A DNA stretch of 64,000 nucleotides from Bacteroidales bacterium. Its GTDB lineage: Bacteria > Bacteroidota > Bacteroidia > Bacteroidales > UBA932. Within the stretch, counting starts at the first letter, position 1. The number at the start of each line of letters is the position of its first letter. The notes beneath the pieces were generated by a model. It ran no database searches. It was not told the origin of the DNA and saw nothing but the letters and a program-made list of their open reading frames with translations. The stretch spans positions 36 through 64,035 of the forward strand of contig SUYR01000017.1 of assembly GCA_015060335.1 (NCBI GenBank), written 5' to 3'. Shown here piece by piece: positions 56,380-64,000 of the stretch. The position numbers were made by a program, and so were the translations under genes.

Positions 56380-56397
56380 AATGGGCGCAAATATAGT

Positions 56398-56427
56398 AAA
56401 AAATCCCGCATCACTGCGGGATTTTTT
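56398..56427. terminator. Intrinsic terminator hairpin
   Basis: AAAAAATCCCGCA-TCAC-TGCGGGATTTTTT. Confidence 0.85.
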
Positions 56428-56511
56428 GGTTAGTAGTGTAGTGTATTCCCTAATGGGATGATTAATTATTAGTGGTTAGAAACGTCTGAATGACATAAAT
56501 TCGTTATGTCG
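56398..56511 (-). ncRNA. Candidate stand-alone small RNA (about 110 nt)
   Basis: TATATTTG box at 56516-56523, 5' hairpin GACATAA-CGAAT-TTATGTC, repeated CTAACC/CACTA single-stranded motifs, terminator ATCCCGCA-GTGA-TGCGGGAT-T run. Confidence 0.55.
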
Positions 56512-56591
56512 ATTGCAAATATATGCATAATTTGTTATTTCAAAATAAAAAATGTTAAAATTTTGTAAAATTCTGTAAAAATTGTCTAAAT

Positions 56592-57272
56592 CTACTCTTC
56601 AGCCAGTAGTCCGGGTCTGAGTTTCTTGGTCCTCGCTATTGCCTGTTCATCCTGCCACTCCCTGATCAGTTTCGGATTGCCGCTGAGAAGCACGTCCGGA
56701 ACTTTCCACCCGTTGAACTCGGCAGGTCTGGTATAAATAGGAGCAGAAAGAAGACCATCCTGGAAACAGTCGCTCAAAGCAGAAGTCTCGTCCGTCAGTG
56801 CTCCAGGAATCAGGCGTATGATAGAGTCGGCAAGTATGGCTGCAGGCAGTTCTCCACCACTTAGAACATAGTCCCCGCATGAAATCTCGCGCGTCACGAG
56901 GTGCTCCCTGATACGATGGTCAATTCCTTTATAATGACCACATAAAATAATTATGTTACCTTTCAGGGACAGTTCGTTCGCTATATTCTGATTGAGAATT
57001 TCTCCGTCAGGTGACATGTATATCACCTCCTCATATTCCCTTTCGGCCTTAAGCTCCTGGATCATATTGAAAACTGGCTCGAGCATCAGTACCATGCCTG
57101 CGTCTCCGCCATAGCTGTAGTCATCCACCTGCTGGCGTGGGCCTTTTCCGTATTTACGTAGATTGTGGACATGGATTTCTACAAGTCCTTTCTTGATTGC
57201 TCTGCCTACGATCGAGTGTGATAGCGGACTTTCAAGCAGTTCCGGTACGACTGTCAATATGTCAATTCTCAT
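56592..57272 (-). CDS. trmD: tRNA (guanine37-N1)-methyltransferase TrmD
   Basis: [42 protein letters not shown]. Confidence 0.96.
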   Translation of the reverse strand: MRIDILTVVPELLESPLSHSIVGRAIKKGLVEIHVHNLRKYGKGPRQQVDDYSYGGDAGMVLMLEPVFNMIQELKAEREYEEVIYMSPDGEILNQNIANELSLKGNIIILCGHYKGIDHRIREHLVTREISCGDYVLSGGELPAAILADSIIRLIPGALTDETSALSDCFQDGLLSAPIYTRPAEFNGWKVPDVLLSGNPKLIREWQDEQAIARTKKLRPGLLAEE

Positions 57273-57389
57273 AATAAATTACTTCAAATATTCTATTCGG
57301 ACTGCAAAAATAACATATTAGTACGAGTTTTACTAAAAAAATGGTATATTTGCCGATTGTAAATATTAAAAAACCAAAACACCATTATT

Positions 57390-59060
57390 ATGAGTGAAGA
57401 GATGATTCCTGATGTAGAAATCACATCAGATGTACCTGAAAAGAAAAGCCTCGCAGAGCTTGTGAAACAGTTTGAAGAACTTGTTCAGAACGAGGATAGA
57501 ATGAAGATGTCAAAAGAGGCGGAGTCAATCAAGGCTGCCTTCTACAGAATCCTGGCCAAGGAAAAGGCTGAGGCGGAGAATCCGGAGGATGCTTCCTTTG
57601 TTGAGATCGAGAATGTCTTCAAGGAAATTTATAATGCTTATAAGAAAGAACGTTCAGAATATAATAGGAAACTTGAGAAGGAGGCTGAGGAGAATCTCGC
57701 TCTCAAGGAGGCTGTCATAGCAGACCTCAAGGAGCTTGTGGAGAAGCAGGAGGATGTAAACGAAACATTCCCTCGTTTCCGTGAAATCCAGGACAGATGG
57801 AGAAATATCGGACCTGTCCCTCCTCAGAACTATCGAAACATCAATGAGACATATCAGCTCTATGTGGAGCAGTTCTACGATATGGTAAAGATAAACAGAG
57901 AGCTTCGTGACCTTGATTTCAAGAAGAACCTTGAGGCTAAGGAGGCTTTCTGTGCAATAGCAGAGAAACTTGCTGAAAATGAAGACGTGGTCGCTGCATT
58001 CAAGGAGCTTCAGAAGCTTCACGAGCAGTGGAAGGAATTCGGACCGGTGGCAAAGGAGTTCCGTGATTCTATCTGGGAGCGTTTCAAGGCTGCAACATCG
58101 GTAATCAACAAGAAATACCAGGCATTCTTTGAGGGTATCAAGGCACAACAGGTAGAGAATCTTGCGAAGAAGACAGTGCTTTGTGAAAAGGTTGAGGAAA
58201 TTGCTGCAAGAGAGGTGGTCAATTCCAATGAGTGGAATGCATTTTCAAAGGAGATTGAGGATATCCAGCAGGAGTGGAAAACAATCGGATTCGCTTCCAA
58301 GAAGGACAATCAGAAGATTTATGACAGATTCCGTGCTGCCTGCGACAGTTTCTATTCACGTAAGCGTGACTTCTATATGGAGTACAAGGACGGAATGAAC
58401 GCAAACCTTGAGAAGAAAATAGCTCTTTGCGAGCAGGCTGAGCAGCTGAAGACAAGCACGGAGTGGAAGAAGACGGCTGACCAGTTCATCAATCTTCAGA
58501 AGCAGTGGAAGGAGATCGGAACAGTTCCACGCAAGAAGTCAGAGCAGTTATGGAAGAGATTCCGTGCGGCATGTGACGAGTTCTTTGCTGAGAGAGACAA
58601 GCATGCAAAGCCGGAGAATGATTTCTATGGAAATCTTAAGGCAAAACAGCGTCTCGTAGAAGAGATAAATGCATATGAACTCAAGGGAGACGAGAGCGAT
58701 TTTGCAGCAATGTCGGAATTCCAGAAGAGATGGAACGAAATAGGTTTTGTTCCTTTCAAGGAGAAGGACAATATAGCAAAGGCATATAAGGATGCTCTTT
58801 CAAAATTCCCGTCAAGGTCTTCTCGTCGCAACAGACCTGTAAGGGTCCAGCTCTCTGAAATGGACCGTCTGATCCAGAAGTATCATGCCCTTGAGCAGGA
58901 CATCGTGACATACGAAAACAATATCGGATTCTTCTCGATGTCAAAGAATTCAGAGCCGCTCATCAGGCAGATGCAGGAAAGAATCGAGAAATCAAAAGAA
59001 GAATTGAAGTCTCTGGCAGCACAGATCAAGACGCTTAAGGAGGCAGAAGAACAGGAGTAA
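57390..59060 (+). CDS. DUF349-repeat protein
   Basis: Repeated W-K-x-IG-x-VP ... W-x-RF-x-AA-x-D-x-FF units; C-terminal ENNIGFF. Confidence 0.9.
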   Translation: MSEEMIPDVEITSDVPEKKSLAELVKQFEELVQNEDRMKMSKEAESIKAAFYRILAKEKAEAENPEDASFVEIENVFKEIYNAYKKERSEYNRKLEKEAEENLALKEAVIADLKELVEKQEDVNETFPRFREIQDRWRNIGPVPPQNYRNINETYQLYVEQFYDMVKINRELRDLDFKKNLEAKEAFCAIAEKLAENEDVVAAFKELQKLHEQWKEFGPVAKEFRDSIWERFKAATSVINKKYQAFFEGIKAQQVENLAKKTVLCEKVEEIAAREVVNSNEWNAFSKEIEDIQQEWKTIGFASKKDNQKIYDRFRAACDSFYSRKRDFYMEYKDGMNANLEKKIALCEQAEQLKTSTEWKKTADQFINLQKQWKEIGTVPRKKSEQLWKRFRAACDEFFAERDKHAKPENDFYGNLKAKQRLVEEINAYELKGDESDFAAMSEFQKRWNEIGFVPFKEKDNIAKAYKDALSKFPSRSSRRNRPVRVQLSEMDRLIQKYHALEQDIVTYENNIGFFSMSKNSEPLIRQMQERIEKSKEELKSLAAQIKTLKEAEEQE

Positions 59061-59071
59061 AAATATATTAG

Positions 59072-60922
59072 ATGAATAAGAATTCAATTATCGGATTTAT
59101 ACTGATAGGTGTGATCATGTTCGGATTCACATGGTATCAGTCTAAACAGTACAGCAAGCAGATGGAGGCTCAGGCTCAGCTTGACTCTATCGCAATGGTG
59201 GAGCAGATGGCCGCGATGGCCCTGGACTCCGCAAGACGTGCAGAGGGAATACTGACAGAGGGTGAGTCTGCCGGTGTGACAGTCAAGAATTTGCCGGCAT
59301 ACAAGGATAGCCTTCTCACAGAGGCAAGACTTGCGCAGGAGGGTATCTATAAGCTTTCAAACGACAAGATGAACGTGGAGTTCACCACGAGGGGAGCCCA
59401 GCTGTTCTCTGTCAAGCTTAACGATTACAAGGCATATGACAGCACAGACCTTTATCTTATCAAGCCTCATGGCAGCCAGATGGGTGTGTCTGTATTTGCT
59501 GGAGAGAATATCAATACAAAGGATTTCGTCTTCCAGGTTGCAGAGCACAGCGACTCTACAATCGTCATGAGACTTCCTTTTGCAGGTGGCGGATATATCC
59601 AGCAGAAATATTCTCTTACAGAAGGAAGCTACATGATGAAGAACGAACTTTCTTTTGTGGGAATGGGTTCTGTAATACCTCGCAATGTGTCTAATGTGGA
59701 TATTGACTGGTCAGTCGTTATCCCACGTCTCGAGAAAGGCTACAAGAACGAGAAACAGTACTCAAAGCTTGATTACTATTTCACAGGTGACAAGAAGTCT
59801 GAGGAAATCGCACGCGGAAAAGACGGCTCCAAGAGAATCGATACCAAGGTCAAGTGGTTTGCATTCCAGCAGCAGTTCTTCTCTGCAATCATGACTGCAG
59901 AGAACGAGTTTGCTTCTGCAGACCTTGATGCAAGATATTTTGCAGAGGACGATCCTTCTCACAACCTGATGGCATGCTCTGCAAAGCTCCGCTCTGAGAT
60001 TCAGGCAGGCTCGGACAATATCGTCCTTCCTTATGACTTCTATCTGGGTCCTAACGATTACCGTACACTCAAGAGCTATGACCAGAAATATGAGAAGATA
60101 GTTCCGCTCGGAGGATGGTTGGTGAACTGGTTCAGCAGACTGATCATCATTCCGTGCTTCGATTTCCTCGGCAAGTTCATAAGCAATTACGGACTCGTCA
60201 TACTTCTTATGACAATCTTCATCAAATTGCTTATATCTCCACTTACAATCAAGTCATACAAATCAACTGCAAAGATGCAGGTGATCAAGCCGGAGATCGA
60301 CAAGCTCAACGAGAAGTATCCTAATGAGAAGGATGCCATGAAGAAACAGCAGGCTACAATGGAACTCTACCAGAAAGCCGGAATCAGTCCTATGGGTGGC
60401 TGTCTGCCGATGTTGCTGCAGATGCCTATCCTCTTCGCGATGTTCCGTTTCTTCCCTGCGTCAATCGAGCTCCGTCAGCAGAAGTTCCTTTGGGCAGATG
60501 ACCTCAGCTCATACGACTCGATCGTTGACTTCGGTTTCAATGTGCCGCTTCTAGGAGATCATCTTTCTCTGTTTGCTCTCCTGATGGCGTTGACTATGTT
60601 CGTATATTCGAAGATGACTTCAGGTCAGATGTCGAACGATCCGAATATGGCAGGAATGAAGTTCATGAGTGTGTGGCTTATGCCTATCATGATGTTCTTC
60701 ATCTGTAACAATCTTTCTGCAGCGCTCAGCTACTATTATCTCCTTTCAAACATCATCACAATGGGTATGACATGGTACATCCGCAAATTTGTGGTGACAG
60801 AGGATAAGGTAAGAGCCGAAATGATGGTCAAGGCTAAGCAGCCGAAGAAGAAGTCGAAGTGGCAGCAGAGACTTGAGGAGGCTCAGAAGATGCAGGAACA
60901 GATGCAGAAGAACAGAAGGTAG
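59072..60922 (+). CDS. yidC: Membrane protein insertase YidC
   Basis: N-terminal TM, QQFFS, NYG-x-x-I, PMGGCLPMLLQMP, FLWADDLS. Confidence 0.95.
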   Translation: MNKNSIIGFILIGVIMFGFTWYQSKQYSKQMEAQAQLDSIAMVEQMAAMALDSARRAEGILTEGESAGVTVKNLPAYKDSLLTEARLAQEGIYKLSNDKMNVEFTTRGAQLFSVKLNDYKAYDSTDLYLIKPHGSQMGVSVFAGENINTKDFVFQVAEHSDSTIVMRLPFAGGGYIQQKYSLTEGSYMMKNELSFVGMGSVIPRNVSNVDIDWSVVIPRLEKGYKNEKQYSKLDYYFTGDKKSEEIARGKDGSKRIDTKVKWFAFQQQFFSAIMTAENEFASADLDARYFAEDDPSHNLMACSAKLRSEIQAGSDNIVLPYDFYLGPNDYRTLKSYDQKYEKIVPLGGWLVNWFSRLIIIPCFDFLGKFISNYGLVILLMTIFIKLLISPLTIKSYKSTAKMQVIKPEIDKLNEKYPNEKDAMKKQQATMELYQKAGISPMGGCLPMLLQMPILFAMFRFFPASIELRQQKFLWADDLSSYDSIVDFGFNVPLLGDHLSLFALLMALTMFVYSKMTSGQMSNDPNMAGMKFMSVWLMPIMMFFICNNLSAALSYYYLLSNIITMGMTWYIRKFVVTEDKVRAEMMVKAKQPKKKSKWQQRLEEAQKMQEQMQKNRR

Positions 60923-60926
60923 ATTG

Positions 60927-61622
60927 ATGATTTCCAATATAATAAATAAACTATATTCAGAACTGCCGTCAACAGTCAAGTTGGTGGCAGTTTCTAAATT
61001 CCACCCATTTGAAGCCATAGAAGAGGCTTACGGAGCCGGTCAGCGGATCTTCGCAGAGAGCCGTCCTCAGGAACTGCTCTCCAAGGTGAAGCGTCTTGAG
61101 GAGTTAAGACAGGAATGTCCGGAATATATGTCGGATATCAAGTGGCATTTCATCGGTCATCTTCAGACCAACAAGCTTAAAATGGTCCTTCCATATGTGT
61201 CTCTTGTACAGTCTGTTGACTCCCAGCGTCTTCTGGATGCGATACAGAACTGGGGAGCAGCCAACGGCCGGGTTGTCGATGTGCTTCTGGAGCCGCATGT
61301 AGCCGCGGAAGATACCAAACAGGGATTCTCTCCAGATGAAATCTATGACATACTTGGACGAGCAGTGGGTACGAATGCATATAGCCATATCCGTTTCCAT
61401 GGTATCATGGGCATGGCGACCTTCACAGATGACCAGACAGTCATCCGTTCGGATTTTTCTGCCCTGCGTAATATTTTTGAAACCTGCAGGAAAAAGTTCC
61501 CGACACTATCACAGGACTTCACCGAACTTTCCATCGGCATGTCCGACGATTACCCGATCGCCATCGAATACGGCTCCACAATGGTCCGTATCGGCTCTAT
61601 GATATTTGGGGTGCGCGGGTAA
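60927..61622 (+). CDS. yggS: YggS-family PLP homeostasis protein
   Basis: LVAVSK, WHFIGHLQTNK, LSIGMSDDY, MVRIGSMIFG. Confidence 0.93.
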   Translation: MISNIINKLYSELPSTVKLVAVSKFHPFEAIEEAYGAGQRIFAESRPQELLSKVKRLEELRQECPEYMSDIKWHFIGHLQTNKLKMVLPYVSLVQSVDSQRLLDAIQNWGAANGRVVDVLLEPHVAAEDTKQGFSPDEIYDILGRAVGTNAYSHIRFHGIMGMATFTDDQTVIRSDFSALRNIFETCRKKFPTLSQDFTELSIGMSDDYPIAIEYGSTMVRIGSMIFGVRG

Positions 61623-61659
61623 TATGACTACGGGAACATGATATGACTACGGGAACATG
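61622..61659. repeat. Exact tandem duplication of 19 bp (ATATGACTACGGGAACATG x2)
   Basis: Copies at 61622-61640 and 61641-61659. Confidence 0.95.
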
Positions 61660-61663
61660 CCTA

Positions 61664-61778
61664 TGCCGCGACGCAAGAGTTTTGCGTGATTCTCTTGCGT
61701 CGTGACAGAAAAAGAGTCGATTTGAAGGATATAGTGCCACGACGCAGGAGTTTCTGCTCAAACTCTTGCGTCGTGGCA
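61664..61778. repeat. Doublet of related REP-like hairpins (TGCC(G/A)CGACGCA(A/G)GAG ... CTCTTGCGTCGTG(A/G)CA)
   Basis: Hairpin 1 at 61664-61707 and hairpin 2 at 61735-61778, each 44 bp with about 16-bp arms. Confidence 0.85.
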
Positions 61779-61786
61779 TCATTGTA

Positions 61787-63064
61787 CTATTTCAGTTCGG
61801 CGATCATTGCTTTCGCGACGGCTGCTGAGGCACCTGTGCCGCCGAGCAGGGAGCGGATTTCTGCGTATTCGGCGAGCATGGCGTTGCGGCGATCCTGATT
61901 TTCGATCAGGTCGCGGACTTCTGTGACCAGGGCATCGGCATTGCAGTCGTGCTGGATGAATTCCTTGAAGGCCAGGCGGTCAACTATGAGATTGCCAAGA
62001 CTGATGTATCGGATCTTGATGATGGTTTTCGCTACCCAGTATGTGATTGGATTAGTTATATATCCTACGACCTGAGGCGTACCGAAAAGGGCAGTTTCAA
62101 GTGACGCTGTACCGGAATTGATGACACCTGCTTCTGCATGACGGATTATGGACTGTGTCTGTCCGAACAGGATCTTTATATATTTGCTGTTCTCCTGGTC
62201 AAGCCATGCGGAATAGTCTTCCATGCTTCTTGCAGGAGCACCTGCTATAATGAATTGATATCCGGAATATTCCGGGAGGGCATGCATCTTTGAGGCAAAC
62301 TCAGTCAGCACTGGCATCATTGTACTGATCTCCGGTTTTCGAGAGCCGGCAAGCATGGCTATGACAGGGGAGTCGGGAAGTGAATTCCTTTCGAGAAACT
62401 CTTTCCTGGTCTCTTTCATTGCAGGCGAGCCGTCAACTGCATCAACGAGCGGATTGCCTCTGTAGATGTATTCTATGCCTTTTGAATCGAAGTATGGCTT
62501 TTCAAACGGGAACACGATGAAGAGCCTGTCAACGTATTTCTTGAGTTTCTTTATACGGCCTTCGCGGGAAGCCCAGACTTTAGGGGCAATGTAATAGAAT
62601 ACCTTGAATCCAGCTTTGTGGGCGAATTCGGCTATCTTGAAGTTGAAGCCTGGGTAGTCGATCAGGATTACTACGTCCGGATTCCATTCAAGTATGTCTT
62701 TCTTGCAGAAATCGACATTTTTAAGGAGTTTGCGGGCTTTTGCCAGGACTTCTACCACTCCCATGACGGCGCCTTCCTTGTAATGACGGACCAGACCTGT
62801 GCCGCGGTCGGATCTGAAGGTGCCGTCCAAGACAACCCCTCCCACTTCGTGGGTCCCTCCCCCTGCGGCCAGGGGGGTAGCACGGTCTTGGACAGCACCT
62901 TCAGCTCCGACCTTACCCGCTTCGTTTTCCTTCCAGACTGATTCCATGCAGTCACCGCCCCAGAAACGGATATCCGCCTGCGGGTCTTCTGCGTATATTC
63001 CCTTCATGAGGTTGGATCCGTGCAGGTCGCCTGATGCTTCTCCGGATATGATGTAGTATTTCAT
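61787..63064 (-). CDS. lpxB: Lipid-A-disaccharide synthase carrying an in-frame insertion
   Basis: ISGEASGDLHG, IDYPGFN, YYIAPKVWA, GSR-x-x-E, SGTASLE, ISL-x-NLI, EFIQ. Confidence 0.95.
   Translation of the reverse strand: MKYYIISGEASGDLHGSNLMKGIYAEDPQADIRFWGGDCMESVWKENEAGKVGAEGAVQDRATPLAAGGGTHEVGGVVLDGTFRSDRGTGLVRHYKEGAVMGVVEVLAKARKLLKNVDFCKKDILEWNPDVVILIDYPGFNFKIAEFAHKAGFKVFYYIAPKVWASREGRIKKLKKYVDRLFIVFPFEKPYFDSKGIEYIYRGNPLVDAVDGSPAMKETRKEFLERNSLPDSPVIAMLAGSRKPEISTMMPVLTEFASKMHALPEYSGYQFIIAGAPARSMEDYSAWLDQENSKYIKILFGQTQSIIRHAEAGVINSGTASLETALFGTPQVVGYITNPITYWVAKTIIKIRYISLGNLIVDRLAFKEFIQHDCNADALVTEVRDLIENQDRRNAMLAEYAEIRSLLGGTGASAAVAKAMIAELK
62806..62912. mobile_element. 107-bp palindromic element inserted in frame in lpxB
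   Basis: 28-bp terminal inverted repeats matching 26/28 (62806-62833 and 62885-62912), with two internal hairpins. Confidence 0.75.
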
Positions 63065-63879
63065 TAAAAAATCGTATTGAGTCTTTCGGTTTCCTTGTAA
63101 TCAGTTCGGTCGATATTATGTGCTACTACACTGATATAACCCTCTTCAACCAGTCTGTGGTCTGCATTCTTCGGATTTCTCGGGTCGTCTTCAAATTCTC
63201 CCACCAGCATATATAGCTCCTCGCCTTCTTCGATTGTCGGATTGGATTTCTGTCCAAGCATTTCAGGTGAGATTCCGTATTTTGCATAATAATCAGTATC
63301 CCACTCTGTGAATTCCTTAATCCAGCGTCCGAGTCCCTGTATTCCGATCCTCACGCCTTTGATCTGATCCGCCGGAATGTATGGAAAATTGACATTGTAA
63401 TATACTCCACGATTTTCCGGGTAGTCAGCCATCAGCTTTGTGAATATGTCTCCGAAGTATTTTTCTATAGCACCGAAATCGGCGTCAGGGTGCAGCGTGC
63501 ATAATGATACACCGATGGCTGGAATTCCGTTGAGTGCAGCCTCTGCTGCTGCTCCGAGAGTTCCGGAATAACATATGGCGCTGGCTGCATTCGAACCATG
63601 ATTTATACCTGATACCACTACGTCTGGAAAGTTGTCCAGAAACATGGTGTTGAGTCCAAATTTGACGCAGCTGGCAGGAGTCGCATCCAGATAATGCCAG
63701 CCGTTTCCAAGATCCTTGTGTGCAATCTGTTTGAATCCGAATGAAACAGCCATGGACATGCCTGACTGATGATGTTTTGGAGCGATTACTGTCACATCTC
63801 CGAACTTTTTCATGATATCGGCAAGTACTTTTATACCCTTAGCCTGATATCCGTCGTCGTTGGTTATAAGAATACGCAT
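63064..63879 (-). CDS. surE: 5'/3'-nucleotidase SurE
   Basis: ILITNDDG, QSG-x-S, TPASCV, SGINHG-x-N, YSGT-x-GAA-x-EA. Confidence 0.95.
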   Translation of the reverse strand: MRILITNDDGYQAKGIKVLADIMKKFGDVTVIAPKHHQSGMSMAVSFGFKQIAHKDLGNGWHYLDATPASCVKFGLNTMFLDNFPDVVVSGINHGSNAASAICYSGTLGAAAEAALNGIPAIGVSLCTLHPDADFGAIEKYFGDIFTKLMADYPENRGVYYNVNFPYIPADQIKGVRIGIQGLGRWIKEFTEWDTDYYAKYGISPEMLGQKSNPTIEEGEELYMLVGEFEDDPRNPKNADHRLVEEGYISVVAHNIDRTDYKETERLNTIF

Positions 63880-64000
63880 TACAGTTTTGTTAAATTTACA
63901 GCAAAGATAGTTATATATTCATATTTTTTTCTAAATTTGCAACGATTTTGAAATGACTGAGAATCGAAATTTACAGTATTACTTTATAAACACTTTTTAA

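Noticed and set aside
63953-64000. Start of a + strand gene at the window end
   Set aside because: The ATG frame closes after 15 codons; nothing can be supported without downstream sequence.

Overview
A 64-kb chromosomal segment from a Bacteroidota genome, most likely a gut or rumen Bacteroidales. This is inferred from TAnnTTTG -7 promoter boxes, a hybrid two-component system, and the tamB/tsaD, zapA-6S-rny and nusB-yajC-coaE gene orders. Most of the window is housekeeping: mtaB, folB, tamB, tsaD, rny, a 2-oxoacid:ferredoxin oxidoreductase operon, nadE, nusB, yajC, coaE, rimO, trmD, yidC, yggS, lpxB and surE. Three structural RNAs (SRP RNA, a 6S RNA candidate, RNase P RNA) and one orphan sRNA candidate can be read from the sequence. 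Accessory blocks are a sensor-linked surface-lipoprotein locus (16.5-24.7 kb), an aromatic amino acid/nitrogen cluster (24.8-32.9 kb) and a steroid 5-alpha-reductase plus flavin reductase pair (52.8-54.8 kb). The most unusual signals are small palindromic elements. One is a 107-bp branched palindrome inserted in frame in lpxB. Another is a CGTC-tagged REP pair enclosing what looks like the C-terminal remnant of a GIY-YIG nuclease, with 28-bp duplications at both ends. A third is a hairpin doublet between yggS and lpxB. Other oddities are a NadE lacking its glutaminase cysteine, an SRP RNA without the GNRA tetraloop, an RNase P RNA without P18, and a tryptophanase-family enzyme with tyrosine phenol-lyase residues. 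No CRISPR array, rRNA, tRNA, intact transposase or prophage was seen. All calls come from reading motifs by eye; no searches were run.
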